This document shows positions 37,107-47,314 of a stretch of DNA of 64,000 bases, one piece after another. The DNA lies in assembly GCA_934096705.1 (NCBI GenBank), contig CAKOMR010000006.1, forward strand, positions 2,398 through 66,397, written 5' to 3'. Numbering within the stretch: position 1 is the stretch's first letter; each line of letters opens with the position of its first letter. Below the pieces are notes generated by a model. It had not been told where the DNA came from and searched no databases. It worked only from the letters and a program-made list of their open reading frames with translations. Made by a program: the position numbers and the translations under genes. This DNA is from an uncultured Bacilli bacterium (lineage in GTDB: Bacteria; Bacillota_I; Bacilli_A; RF39; UBA660).

Positions 37107-38210
37107 ATGGAAATAATAGGTTTAATAGCGGAATATAACCCGTTTCATAATGGTCATTTATACCACATAAAAAAAATTAAAGAAATGTATCCGGATAGTT
37201 TATTAATTTTAGTTTTAAATGGCTACTTTCTTCAACGCGGAGAACCATCAATAATATCCAAATATGATAAAACTCATATTTCTTTATTAAGTGGCGTTGA
37301 TATAGTTTTGGAATTGCCTGTTTTATATGGAACTCAAAGTGCTGATACATTTTCTGACGCATCAATAAAACTATTAAATTATTTTAAGGTAAAAAAGATT
37401 ATTTTTGGTAGTGAATGTAATGATATAGAAAAGATAAAATTAATAGCTAAAAAATCAATTGAAAATCATAATAATGAAAATATAAAAGTTCATTTAAAAA
37501 GTGGTCTTAATTACCCTACTGCTCTTAGTAAAGTAATTAATGAAGATTTTTCTTATAACTCAAATGACCTTTTAGGAATATGCTATATAAAATCGATTTT
37601 AACAAATAATTTTTTAATTGAAGCTCAAACTATAAAAAGAACAAATGATTATTTAGATAAAGAAAGTAATGATGATATAATTAGTGCATTAAATATTCGT
37701 GAAAAAATAAAAAGTAATAAAGATATAAAAAGATATTTACCAAATTATTCATTGGACAAAATAAATAAAATTGATAGTTCCTTACTTTTTGATTTAATTA
37801 AAATTCAAATTCTAAATAATGATATAAGCGATGTGCTTGATGTTGACAAGTCAATGAACTATCTTTTGAAAAAAAGTATTAGAAATACAAATAATATTGA
37901 TGAATTAATTAAAGCTATTAAATCAAAAAAATATACATATAACAAAATAAATCGTATGCTTATTCATATTTTATTAAATATTAAAAAATGTGATGCAAAT
38001 TTAGTGATGGAATATATAAATATTTTAGGTTTTTCTCAAAAAGGTAAAAATTATATAAATAAAATTAAAAAAAGCATTTCAATTCCAATAAAAAAAGACA
38101 AAAATTCTATTACATATAATTTTGAATTAAAATCTTCGATAATTTATGACATGATTACTGGATGTAATGAACAAAAAAAAGAGTTAGCTAATAAACCGAT
38201 TATTATCTAA
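37107..38210 (+). CDS. tmcAL: tRNA(Met) cytidine acetate ligase (TmcAL/YlbM family nucleotidyltransferase)
   Basis: IGLIAEYNPFHNGHLYHIKKIKE...LNGYFLQRGEP matches the YlbM/TmcAL N-terminus. Confidence 0.8.
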   Translation: MEIIGLIAEYNPFHNGHLYHIKKIKEMYPDSLLILVLNGYFLQRGEPSIISKYDKTHISLLSGVDIVLELPVLYGTQSADTFSDASIKLLNYFKVKKIIFGSECNDIEKIKLIAKKSIENHNNENIKVHLKSGLNYPTALSKVINEDFSYNSNDLLGICYIKSILTNNFLIEAQTIKRTNDYLDKESNDDIISALNIREKIKSNKDIKRYLPNYSLDKINKIDSSLLFDLIKIQILNNDISDVLDVDKSMNYLLKKSIRNTNNIDELIKAIKSKKYTYNKINRMLIHILLNIKKCDANLVMEYINILGFSQKGKNYINKIKKSISIPIKKDKNSITYNFELKSSIIYDMITGCNEQKKELANKPIII

Positions 38211-40002
38211 CTTTTTTATTTAAATAATACACTACTACAAATGGCATTGAAAAAATATATGGCATAGCGTACCTATAATAATTATTCGCTGGTCCCAAAA
38301 TACAAAATGCAAGTGAAACTATCATAGGAAGTAGCACTATAAGTTCATCATTCTTTCTTGATTTTAAAATATATACAATCAAACAAAGTAAAATCCAAGT
38401 ATTAAATCCAGGTGTAACAATTAAACCTAATATTGGTATAACTTTAAATGCATAAGCGTAATTTTTTAAAATAACTCGTAAAATATTTAAATTATTATAA
38501 TGATAATCTACAAGACCATTTTCAGTTATAGTATCATTATATCTAGAATATATATACCAATGTGTATCTCCAGGATCAAAAAATCCATAAATATTATTTA
38601 GTGTTGCATCAATATAAAGAAACGGTCTTTTTATAAGTCCATGCATCCATGTATCGTAATAATTTAACAAATCTTTTTTTGTGGCATATTTATTATAAGT
38701 ATTTTTAACAGGGTCAGAAAGCTGTGGATCATACTTTTCTTTGATAATTTCGTAGTCTAATACATTTCCTATATTTTCCTTATCTTTTATAGTAAGCTCG
38801 TTTTCATAATATTTTACATATCTAGCACTTTGTTGAAATGGAATACTTAAAACTTCCCTTACACTTGTACCAGTAACTCCAAGTTTTGGAAGTAAAATTT
38901 TAGTATAAGAGTAATATAATCCCGTTATAAAAAGCGTAATGATTAAAATACTTAATCTATTTTTTTTACTAAATTTATATAAAAATGGAAGAAGCATAAT
39001 AATTAAAAATATTCCATTATTTCTAAATAAACATAAAAATATTGATACTATAAAGTATTCTAATAAAAATGATTTAGTTACCTTAGAGGTTTTAAAACTT
39101 TCTATATACTTCATCAAAAGAATTATTAACCATATAATAAATGTCGTATAATAAACGTCTTTATTCATATTAATTGCATAAAAAGGAAAACATGGTACGA
39201 ATGAATAAATAAGTAAAAGTGGTATTAAGTATTTATTTTGAATACTTTTCTTTTTTAATAAACATACCGTATATGCAAGTGTTATTGCTAAAAACATTCC
39301 TTGCGTAAATGTATAAATAAATAAACCAAAATTATCATTTAAAATAAATCTTCCAAGTCTAATGCAACCACCTAAAAGAAGTGTATGAAAAACTGGATGG
39401 TGATTTGTAATATTTACTTTAGGATTAATTTGAATAGAATAATCATTATATTTTGTTCTAACATTAAATGCTTGCTTTATCTGATAACTAGGATCTGGAG
39501 ATAGAACCGCAGGATAAAATGCAATATAATATATCATCCACGCTGCACATATTATAATTAAACTAACTAAAAATGGATGCTTATTAAATATTTTTATAAA
39601 TCTATTTTTCTTTAAATCGGGACGTTTTTCAAAATTTTTAATACATTTCTTGCTATAATATATTAAAAGTAAGTATATAAAATATAGTCCTATAAATCTA
39701 AATATTGTAAAAATAAACATATATTTTTTAAATAATATACCTAAACTAGAAACACTACGATAACTTTGCCCTATTAAAGTAAAAATAGAAAATAAAAAAG
39801 ACAAAATTTTATCCTCTTTAGAAGTTTTATTTAAATCAACTTTCTTATAAAAAAGATAAAAAACGCCTACAAACACAACAATGAATATAAAACTCCATAC
39901 GTTAATAATATCACTTTCATTTAAATATATTTTTTTAAAATTTAAAAATAAGGAAAGTGTTGAAATAATACTTAAAAATAAATTTATAAACTTCTTTTTC
40001 AT
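38203..40002 (-). CDS. Large polytopic membrane protein (GT-C-like/DUF6020-like, tentative)
   Basis: 599 aa with at least 12 hydrophobic segments and a soluble loop near the C-terminal third. No catalytic motif could be verified by eye. Confidence 0.4.
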   Translation of the reverse strand: MKKKFINLFLSIISTLSLFLNFKKIYLNESDIINVWSFIFIVVFVGVFYLFYKKVDLNKTSKEDKILSFLFSIFTLIGQSYRSVSSLGILFKKYMFIFTIFRFIGLYFIYLLLIYYSKKCIKNFEKRPDLKKNRFIKIFNKHPFLVSLIIICAAWMIYYIAFYPAVLSPDPSYQIKQAFNVRTKYNDYSIQINPKVNITNHHPVFHTLLLGGCIRLGRFILNDNFGLFIYTFTQGMFLAITLAYTVCLLKKKSIQNKYLIPLLLIYSFVPCFPFYAINMNKDVYYTTFIIWLIILLMKYIESFKTSKVTKSFLLEYFIVSIFLCLFRNNGIFLIIMLLPFLYKFSKKNRLSILIITLFITGLYYSYTKILLPKLGVTGTSVREVLSIPFQQSARYVKYYENELTIKDKENIGNVLDYEIIKEKYDPQLSDPVKNTYNKYATKKDLLNYYDTWMHGLIKRPFLYIDATLNNIYGFFDPGDTHWYIYSRYNDTITENGLVDYHYNNLNILRVILKNYAYAFKVIPILGLIVTPGFNTWILLCLIVYILKSRKNDELIVLLPMIVSLAFCILGPANNYYRYAMPYIFSMPFVVVYYLNKKVR

Positions 40003-40040
40003 ACAAGTAGTATACCATTTAAAAAATAATAAATAAACTA

Positions 40041-40544
40041 TTATTCATCTTTATCATCTAAAAGCTTTATTATTTTATTTTGATTATTTATAATTTTTTG
40101 TAGTTCTGTGTGCAACTGTTCTAAAATAAGTTCACTTTTTAAATCAGTTTTATAATCATTTAAACTTCTAAGTCTATCTTTTTTAGATTCTCTATTCTGA
40201 CTCATCATAATTATTGGTGCCTGTAAAGCAGCAACACAAGAAAGTAAAAGATTAAGTAGTATAAAAGGATATGGATCAGCTTCTTTTAAAATAAAAATAT
40301 TTAGCAAAATCCACATAATTAAAAAAATGATTAAACCAATAATAAATGGCCAACTCCCAGCTACTTCAGTAATTTTATCGGCTAGTTTATCACCAAAAGT
40401 TCTATTTAAATCACTTTGTTTATCTACATCTACTGCTATTGGCTCATTAATAAGCATATTAAGAAGTTCTTCTTCATCATTACTATCTAAATTTTTCTTT
40501 AATAACATTTTAACTATTTCCTGTTTTGTTTTTTTTATTTCCAT
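40041..40544 (-). CDS. DUF1003-family membrane protein
   Basis: FGDKLADKITEVAGSWPFII...DPYPFILLNLLLSCVAALQAPIIMMSQNRESKKD is the DUF1003 signature. Confidence 0.7.
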   Translation of the reverse strand: MEIKKTKQEIVKMLLKKNLDSNDEEELLNMLINEPIAVDVDKQSDLNRTFGDKLADKITEVAGSWPFIIGLIIFLIMWILLNIFILKEADPYPFILLNLLLSCVAALQAPIIMMSQNRESKKDRLRSLNDYKTDLKSELILEQLHTELQKIINNQNKIIKLLDDKDE

Positions 40545-40588
40545 ACTATCACCAAATTAATATTAACACTATATAATTTTTATGTAAA

Positions 40589-40612
40589 CAAAAAAAGCAA
40601 GTTATCTTGCTT
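40589..40612 (-). terminator. Rho-independent terminator
   Basis: Stem AAGCAAG/CTTGCTT (40595-40601 / 40606-40612) with a minus-strand T-run. It overlaps the stop codon. Confidence 0.6.
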
Positions 40613-41289
40613 TATGATGCAGTACATGAATTATTTGTTACATAAAATTTTCCTGAGAAATTCTTACCTGCCAATTGTGCTTGTGATACATCCAAATTAT
40701 AATAATTTGAAGTAAAATTCCAAGTTTGAGTAGTAGATGTTCCAGTACTTTTGATTGTTGCTCCAGTAACTATTGTTCGTTTGGCACCTGTAGATGAAGT
40801 TTTTGCAGTCCAATTAGATGTATCATATGCAAAACTTTTTTCTGTAGAATAATTATTTGTTCCACCTGCACCTGTAGGAGTTGTAACTACTAAAGTAATT
40901 TCTTTTTTACTTGCATCAGTTACAGTTGTTGGAGTTAATCCATATGTATTTGAACTTGCGTCATATTCAAATACTATGTTATATGTACATGTTGTTGTAG
41001 TTCCACTTGTTCCAGTTAAATTAACTGTTAAACTACCCGTAGCTGAACCAGCTTTTGTTCCTTTGTTAAGCTCACTCATATTTTTTGCAGGAACTTTTAA
41101 ATTTAATGCTGCTGCTGTTGTAACCAAAGTAGCATTTCCTGGTGAAGCCGCATTAATATTTACGGCAACGTTTCCTGTAAGAGTTGTTGTAAATGAACCG
41201 AAATATGCGAATGTTGCGGCTGATACAATAACTAATAAAAACACTGTGGTAGCAAGTAACATAATTTTTGTTTGAGTATTTTTTTCCAT
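40612..41289 (-). CDS. Secreted Thr/Gly/Ser/Asn-rich beta-rich protein with TasA/camelysin-type (SipW-class) signal peptide
   Basis: N-terminus MEKNTQTKIMLLATTVFLLVIVSAATFAYFGS contains the T-F-A-Y-F motif of SipW-dependent signal peptides (camelysin GGTFAYFSD). The mature part is low in charged and hydrophobic residues. Confidence 0.55.
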   Translation of the reverse strand: MEKNTQTKIMLLATTVFLLVIVSAATFAYFGSFTTTLTGNVAVNINAASPGNATLVTTAAALNLKVPAKNMSELNKGTKAGSATGSLTVNLTGTSGTTTTCTYNIVFEYDASSNTYGLTPTTVTDASKKEITLVVTTPTGAGGTNNYSTEKSFAYDTSNWTAKTSSTGAKRTIVTGATIKSTGTSTTQTWNFTSNYYNLDVSQAQLAGKNFSGKFYVTNNSCTAS

Positions 41290-41397
41290 TTCTATCGTTT
41301 CTCCTATCCTCTATCTAACATTACTAGTTTAACACAAGAAAAACTAATTTGTAAAGCAATTAATACTTATTTATTAGTAAGTTTACATTATTTATTT

Positions 41398-41474
41398 TGG
41401 TGTCCTCGATGGGATTTAAACCCATAACTTCTTGCGTCGGAGGCAAGTACTCTATTCGATTGAGTTACGAGGAC
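41398..41474 (-). tRNA. tRNA-Arg (anticodon CCG), CCA encoded
   Basis: Minus strand GTCCTCGTAACTCAATCGAATAGAGTACTTGCCTCCGACGCAAGAAGTTATGGGTTTAAATCCCATCGAGGACACCA folds as a cloverleaf with anticodon loop CUCCGAC. Confidence 0.9.
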
Positions 41475-41488
41475 AAAAAATAATTAAG

Positions 41489-42562
41489 TTAAAATAACTT
41501 AATTATATCGTTTATTGTAACAATTATCATAAGTAAAAATATTAATATGAAACCAATTAAATGACAAGTACTTTCAAATTTGGCATTAACAGGTTTTCCT
41601 TTAATTTTTTCAACAATTAAGAAAAATACATGTCCACCATCAAATGCTGGGAATGGTAATATATTTATAAAACCTACATTAATTGATAAGAATGCCAAAA
41701 TATATAAGAAATAATTAATGCCATAATTGATTGTTTGGCCTACAACCTCATAAATTCCAACAGGTCCTGATAGTGCTGAAAGTCCTATTTTGCCAACGAT
41801 TAATCCCCATATTGTATAAATCATCGAACTTATAATACTTGCAAATTTTTGAATACTATAAATAAATGCCTTGAATACATTTGAAGTATCTGCCTCTTTA
41901 ATTTTTATGCCAAATAATTTACTTTCTGTGCCAGTTTCCTCATCTTTAATAATTTCTGGTTTTACTTTAATTGTTTCCTTGCTTCCATCAGAGTGTTTTA
42001 ATTCAAATGTATAATAATCTTTATTATTTTTATAATATAAAATTATTTGAGCTTTATCCCAAGATGAAACGTGATAGCCATTGATACTTGTAATTACATC
42101 GCCTTCTTTAATTCCTGCAGCTGCTGCCGGTTTATCGGCTATAGCTTCACTAACTTTAGGTGTTATAGCTCCACCACCCCAAATCAAAGTATATACAAAA
42201 AGAATTAATATTGCTAATATAAAGTTATTAACAACTCCAGCTACTAAAATGATAAGTCTTTGATACCATTTTTTATTACACATTAATTTAGATTTAGGTA
42301 TTTTTTCATCATTATCATATACCTCGCCAGCCATTGATACAAATCCACCAATTGGTATAAGACGAATATTATAATTTATTTTGTCCTTTTTTCCTTTATG
42401 AGTATGAATAACTGGACCCATTCCTATAGAAAATTCATAAATATAAACGCCGAATTTCTTAGCCCATATAAAATGACCAAACTCATGAACTAAAATTATT
42501 ATTCCTAAAATAAATAAAAGTAATAAAATTTTTACTATAAATAATCCAATGCTTGCAAACAT
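41489..42562 (-). CDS. rseP: Site-2 protease RseP/RasP (M50 zinc metalloprotease with PDZ)
   Basis: HEFGHFIWAKKFGV (HExxH), PDZ region AAAGIKEGDVITSINGY and NILPFPAFDGGHV. Confidence 0.9.
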   Translation of the reverse strand: MFASIGLFIVKILLLLFILGIIILVHEFGHFIWAKKFGVYIYEFSIGMGPVIHTHKGKKDKINYNIRLIPIGGFVSMAGEVYDNDEKIPKSKLMCNKKWYQRLIILVAGVVNNFILAILILFVYTLIWGGGAITPKVSEAIADKPAAAAGIKEGDVITSINGYHVSSWDKAQIILYYKNNKDYYTFELKHSDGSKETIKVKPEIIKDEETGTESKLFGIKIKEADTSNVFKAFIYSIQKFASIISSMIYTIWGLIVGKIGLSALSGPVGIYEVVGQTINYGINYFLYILAFLSINVGFINILPFPAFDGGHVFFLIVEKIKGKPVNAKFESTCHLIGFILIFLLMIIVTINDIIKLF

Positions 42563-42575
42563 TTTTCTTCCTCCT

Positions 42576-43370
42576 TTATAATAATATTAATGATAGTGCT
42601 ACATATGTAATAAATATAACAAGCGTACTATCAAGTCTATCTAGTGCACCGCCATGACCAGGCATTATATTTGAAAAATCCTTTATATCATTTTCTCTTT
42701 TTAATTTGCTAAATATTAAATCGCCAATTTGATCCATTATGGTTAAAATAAATGTTATTATCACAATAATAAAGTTAAATTCCTTGAAAAATATATAATA
42801 TATAATAAGTGGAATAATTGTTCCAAAAACTGTACCCCCAATCATCCCTTCCCAAGTTTTTTTAGGACTAATATTTGGACACATTTTATTTTTACCAAAT
42901 CTTTTACCCACAAAAAGAGCAAATGAATCAGTAATTACCGGAATAGATACCAAATACAAAAATAATTTAATATCAATATTTCTCACTAAAATAATACTAT
43001 TAAAACCAAGTCCAACAAATAAAAGTAAACCAACTAAATGAAATGCATCTTTTATTGTATATTTATCATCATCATAAAATAGTGTTGGTATAATTAATGT
43101 AAAGCATAATACCGCTAAATAAATATATGATACACCACTATAATAAAGGGAATAACTAGTATTTGCAAATACTATCATAAGTAGTCCAAATAATCCTAAA
43201 AATTTCGGTACGTTTGGAATTTTTTTATGTGTTTTTTTTAAATCCATAATTTCCTTATACGACCATAAACAAATAAGCCCTACTCCAAACATAAATAATT
43301 CTTTTCCAAAATAAACAAACGGCACAGCTATAGCAATTGCTATAATGGCACTAATAATTCTCGTTTTCAT
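42576..43370 (-). CDS. cdsA: Phosphatidate cytidylyltransferase
   Basis: SPKKTWEGMIGG and GHGGALDRLDS are CdsA signatures in a polytopic protein. Confidence 0.9.
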   Translation of the reverse strand: MKTRIISAIIAIAIAVPFVYFGKELFMFGVGLICLWSYKEIMDLKKTHKKIPNVPKFLGLFGLLMIVFANTSYSLYYSGVSYIYLAVLCFTLIIPTLFYDDDKYTIKDAFHLVGLLLFVGLGFNSIILVRNIDIKLFLYLVSIPVITDSFALFVGKRFGKNKMCPNISPKKTWEGMIGGTVFGTIIPLIIYYIFFKEFNFIIVIITFILTIMDQIGDLIFSKLKRENDIKDFSNIMPGHGGALDRLDSTLVIFITYVALSLILL

Positions 43371-43796
43371 TTAAAGCCTTTCATCAAATTTATCAATCTC
43401 GTCAACTTGTGACTCGACTAAAGCAATAAACCTCTTTTTATAACTTATAACTTTTCGTTGTAACTCCTCTGCCTCATGTTCTATATTTTGAGCTTTAACT
43501 AAAGAATTATTAACTATTTTTGATGCATTATTTTTGGCATCTTCGATAATTAATTTACTTTGTGCAAAAGCCGCTTTTTGAGCGTTTGCACTAGTTTCTT
43601 GTGCAAGCAAAAGAGTGTCGTTTAAAGTCTTTTCTAAATTTTGATATTTTTCAATTTCTTTTCTAAGACTTTCTGCTTCTAAAGTTGCTGTACGAAGTTT
43701 TTGATAAATATTTTCATATTCTTCAGCGACTTTATTAACAAACTTAACAACATCATCTTTATTATAACCATAGATATTTGTTCTAAATTTAACCAT
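43371..43796 (-). CDS. DivIVA-domain protein
   Basis: FRTNIYGYNKDDVVKFVNKVAEEYENIYQK followed by coiled coil. Located downstream of sepF. Confidence 0.8.
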   Translation of the reverse strand: MVKFRTNIYGYNKDDVVKFVNKVAEEYENIYQKLRTATLEAESLRKEIEKYQNLEKTLNDTLLLAQETSANAQKAAFAQSKLIIEDAKNNASKIVNNSLVKAQNIEHEAEELQRKVISYKKRFIALVESQVDEIDKFDERL

Positions 43797-43809
43797 GGTT
43801 TAGACCCCT

Positions 43810-44220
43810 TTACCAATCTATTTCTTCAGTTTCTTCTTTTTCTTTTTTATCAGCTTCGTCAGTTATTTTTCCTTGAACATTAACATTTTTTGGTGTACAT
43901 AAATATATTCCAACACCAATTTTCTGCATAGAACCACCAATCGCATAGATGCAACCACTTAAAAAATCAATAATTCTTTTGGCTTGTTCTGCTGTTACTC
44001 TTTTTAAATTTACTACTACAGAATTGCGATTTTTAAGATGATCTGCAATCTGTTGAGACTCAGAGTATGCTCTTGGTTCTAATAAAATCATTTTATTTCC
44101 AACTTTATCTGCTTCTTTCATTGCATCATCTTTACTTATTGTATAAAATTCATCTTCACTAACATTTTGCATTACGTCATCATCATTATCAACAAATAAT
44201 TTTTTTAATTTAAAGCCCAT
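43810..44220 (-). CDS. sepF: Cell division protein SepF
   Basis: ILLEPRAYSESQQIADHLKNRNSVVVNLKRV...AKRIIDFLSGCIYAIGGSMQKIG. Start set at MGFKLKKLF. Confidence 0.85.
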   Translation of the reverse strand: MGFKLKKLFVDNDDDVMQNVSEDEFYTISKDDAMKEADKVGNKMILLEPRAYSESQQIADHLKNRNSVVVNLKRVTAEQAKRIIDFLSGCIYAIGGSMQKIGVGIYLCTPKNVNVQGKITDEADKKEKEETEEIDW

Positions 44221-44255
44221 ATATATTTGCCTCCTAGTATCCATTTAATTATACT

Positions 44256-44280
44256 AAAAAAAAATCTATTATGCAATAGA
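44256..44280 (-). terminator. Rho-independent terminator of the glyQS-proS transcript
   Basis: Stem TCTATT/AATAGA (44265-44270 / 44275-44280) followed on the minus strand by T8-9 (plus-strand A-run 44256-44264). Confidence 0.65.
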
Positions 44281-44305
44281 CTGCCAAAATAGATTTTTTT
44301 AATTT

Positions 44306-45742
44306 CTAATATGATTTACCCCAAATTACATTATGTTTAGCATCTTTTCCACAACAAATACATTTTCCTGTAATTAGTTTTTCATCGAATGGAATACATC
44401 TACTTCCTGCTCCACCTGTAAGTTCTTTGATTTTATCTTCACATTCTTCGTTTCCACACCAATCAGCTTTAATAAACCCTTCTTTAGTATTTGCTATATT
44501 TATCATTTCATCCATATTTTTTGCTTCATAAATATGAGTTGAAACAAATTCAGTGGCTTTTGCAAGCATACCGTTTTGAATAGTTTCAAGTTTTTCTTCA
44601 ACACTACTTACAATATTTTCAAGTTTAATAGTTTCTTTTTCATGAGTAAATCTTATTGCTAAAGTAACTTCTCCATTTTCTAAATCTCTTGGTCCAACTT
44701 CAATACGAAGAGGAATTCCTTGAACTTCACTTTCATTAAATTTAAATCCTGGAGTTTTATCACTATCATCAATTTTTACCCTAACACCAGCATTTTTTAA
44801 ATCTTCGTATATTTCATTTGCACTTTCCATTACGCCTTCTTTATGTGATGCAATTGGAACAATTACTACTTGCACTGGAGCAATTTTTGGTGGAAGAACT
44901 AATCCATTATCATCACCATGAACCATGATAAGAGCACCAATTAATCTTGTAGATGTTCCCCAAGATGTTTCATAAACTGTTTCTAATTTATTTTCTTTAT
45001 TTAAAAATTTAATATTAAAAGCATCTGCAAAACTTTGACCAAAATAGTGAGTTGTACCAGATTGAAGCGCTTTTCCATCATGCATCATTGCTTCCATTGT
45101 GTAAGTATTTTCTGCACCTGCAAATTTCTCTGAAGGAGTTTTTTCACCGGTAACCATAGGAATTGCTAAATAATCACTACTGAATTTAGTATATATATCA
45201 AGCATTTGCAAAGTTCTATCCATTGCTTCTTTACTAGTTGAATGAATTGTATGACCTTCTTGCCATAAAAATTCACGACTTCTTAAATATGGTCTAGTAG
45301 TTTTTTCCCAACGCAAAACTGAGCACCATTGATTATAAATTTTTGGTAAATCTCTATAAGATTTAACTTCTTTTTGCCAATAATTACAAAATAATGTTTC
45401 ACTTGTAGGCCTTATACACATCTTTTCTTCTAAAGGTTCATTACCACCCATTGTAACCCAAGCAACCTCAGGAGCAAAACCTTCTATATGATCTTTTTCT
45501 TTTTGAAGTAAACTTTCTGGAATTAGCATTGGAAGGTATACATTTTGAACACCCGTTTCTTTAAACATTTTATCCATATTATTTTGAATATTTTCCCAAA
45601 TTGCTTGACCATTAGGTAAATAAATCATGCATCCTTTAACATCAGTATAATCGCAAAGTTTTGCAACTTTTACGACATCTGTATACCACTGTGCAAAATT
45701 TTCATCTCTTGGAGTAATTTTTTCTGTCATTTTATTATTCAT
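44306..45742 (-). CDS. proS: Prolyl-tRNA synthetase (archaeal/eukaryote-like type with C-terminal Zn domain)
   Basis: FAQWYTDV, class II motifs RPTSET and LRWE..TRPYLRSREFLWQEGH, C-terminal cysteines CGNEEC...CICCGK and terminal ...WGKSY. Confidence 0.95.
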   Translation of the reverse strand: MNNKMTEKITPRDENFAQWYTDVVKVAKLCDYTDVKGCMIYLPNGQAIWENIQNNMDKMFKETGVQNVYLPMLIPESLLQKEKDHIEGFAPEVAWVTMGGNEPLEEKMCIRPTSETLFCNYWQKEVKSYRDLPKIYNQWCSVLRWEKTTRPYLRSREFLWQEGHTIHSTSKEAMDRTLQMLDIYTKFSSDYLAIPMVTGEKTPSEKFAGAENTYTMEAMMHDGKALQSGTTHYFGQSFADAFNIKFLNKENKLETVYETSWGTSTRLIGALIMVHGDDNGLVLPPKIAPVQVVIVPIASHKEGVMESANEIYEDLKNAGVRVKIDDSDKTPGFKFNESEVQGIPLRIEVGPRDLENGEVTLAIRFTHEKETIKLENIVSSVEEKLETIQNGMLAKATEFVSTHIYEAKNMDEMINIANTKEGFIKADWCGNEECEDKIKELTGGAGSRCIPFDEKLITGKCICCGKDAKHNVIWGKSY

Positions 45743-45756
45743 AAAAATTTTCCTTT

Positions 45757-47136
45757 CTAAAATTTAATTTTCTCATTTACGTAAGAAGTAATATCATCTA
45801 AATTAATTACTATTTGTTTCATCGTATCGCGATCTCTTAACGTAACTGTATTATTATTTAAAGTATCATCATCAATAGTTATAGCAAATGGAGTTCCTAT
45901 AGCATCTGCTCTCCTATAACGTTTACCAATATTTCCAGTTTCATCAAATGAACAAGCAAAATTTTTAGATAAAGCCCTATATATTTCTCTAGCTTTTTCA
46001 CTATGAAATTTTTTAACTAAAGGTAAAATAGTTACTTTTACAGGTGCTAAATAAGGATGAATCTTAAGTACTTCTCTACTTGTGCCATCTTCTAAAATTT
46101 CTTCATTATAAGCATCGCAAAGTATTGTTAAAAATAATCTTTCAACACCTACAGAAGGTTCTATAACATAAGGAATATATTTTTCATTAGTATCTGGATC
46201 TAAATATTTTAAATTTTCTGAAGAAAATTTTTCGTGTTGACTTAAATCATAATCAGTCCTTGAGGCAATTCCCCAAAGTTCTCCGAAACCAAATGGAAAG
46301 TTATATTCAATATCAGTTGTGGCATTTGAATAAAAGCAAAGTTCTTCTTTTGTATGATCACGCATACGTAGATTTTCTTCTTTAATACCTAAATCTTTTA
46401 AAAAGTTAAAACATCTTTCTTTATATATTTTAAACCACTCAAGTTCTGTACCTGGTTTACAGAAAAATTCAAGTTCCATTTGTTCGAATTCTCTTACTCT
46501 AAAAATAAAGTTTCCCGGAGTTATTTCATTTCTAAAACTTTTTCCTACTTGGCCAATTCCAAATGGTACTTTTAATCTCATGCTTCTTTGTACATTTAAA
46601 AAATTAACAAAAATTCCTTGAGCAGTTTCAGGTCTTAAATAAATTGTACTTTTAGCTTCTTCAGTAACACCTTGGAATGTTTTAAACATTAAATTAAATT
46701 GTCTTATATCAGTAAAATCACTTTTACCACATTTTGGGCAAGTAATTTTATTTTCGTTGATAAATTCAATTAATTTTTCATTGCTCCAACCATCGCCAGT
46801 TTCTTTTCCATTTGTGTAGTCCTCAATTAATTTATCTGCTCTATATCTAGTTTTGCAATGTTTACAATCTATAAGAGGGTCTGCAAAAGTTTTTAAATGT
46901 CCTGATGCTTCCCATACTTTAGGATTCATTAAAATTGAACTATCTAAAGAAACATTATTTTCATCTTCTTCAACAAACTTTTTAAGCCAAGCATTTTTTA
47001 TATTTCTTTTTAATTCTGCACCAAGTGGTCCAAAATCCCAAGAATTTGCTAAACCTCCATATATTTCACTACCTTGAAATATAAATCCATAATTCTTACA
47101 ATAATTTGTAAGTTTTTCCATAGTTAATTTTCCCAT
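45757..47136 (-). CDS. glyQS: Glycyl-tRNA synthetase (homodimeric alpha2 type)
   Basis: [63 protein letters not shown] and GVERL. Start at MGKLTMEKL after an AGGAGG RBS. Confidence 0.95.
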   Translation of the reverse strand: MGKLTMEKLTNYCKNYGFIFQGSEIYGGLANSWDFGPLGAELKRNIKNAWLKKFVEEDENNVSLDSSILMNPKVWEASGHLKTFADPLIDCKHCKTRYRADKLIEDYTNGKETGDGWSNEKLIEFINENKITCPKCGKSDFTDIRQFNLMFKTFQGVTEEAKSTIYLRPETAQGIFVNFLNVQRSMRLKVPFGIGQVGKSFRNEITPGNFIFRVREFEQMELEFFCKPGTELEWFKIYKERCFNFLKDLGIKEENLRMRDHTKEELCFYSNATTDIEYNFPFGFGELWGIASRTDYDLSQHEKFSSENLKYLDPDTNEKYIPYVIEPSVGVERLFLTILCDAYNEEILEDGTSREVLKIHPYLAPVKVTILPLVKKFHSEKAREIYRALSKNFACSFDETGNIGKRYRRADAIGTPFAITIDDDTLNNNTVTLRDRDTMKQIVINLDDITSYVNEKIKF

Positions 47137-47153
47137 ACATCCTCCTAATAAAT

Positions 47154-47280
47154 AAAAAAATCCCTTCAAAAATAATTTAGGGACGAAATTTTATCCGCGG
47201 TTCCACCCTAATTATTCCCAAAGGAATCACTTTTAAAAATTATATAGCTCCGGGTTGCCAAGCCCCTCATTGCTTTTATA
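47154..47280 (-). promoter_or_regulatory. T-box leader (Gly specifier) with an unusually short Stem I
   Basis: Minus strand AATTAGGGTGGAACCGCGG (near-consensus T-box; UGGA fits the U discriminator of tRNA-Gly). Antiterminator GGG(UGGAACC)GCG...CGUCCC competes with terminator UCCCU...AGGGA plus U7. GGC-A lies in a small hairpin loop at 47257-47259. Confidence 0.75.
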
Positions 47281-47285
47281 TTTGT

Positions 47286-47314
47286 ATTATAATATTTTTT
47301 ACTTATTTTGGCAA
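47286..47314 (-). promoter_or_regulatory. Sigma-A type promoter of the glyQS leader
   Basis: Minus strand TTGCCA (47314-47309), 17 nt, TATAAT (47291-47286), immediately after the tdk stop. Confidence 0.5.

Noticed and set aside
40976-41275. 99-aa plus-strand ORF rich in Val, Ala and Pro
   Set aside because: It is the mirror frame of the Thr/Gly-rich TasA-signal protein gene. ACN/GGN codons read as NGT/NCC on the other strand, and no RBS is present.
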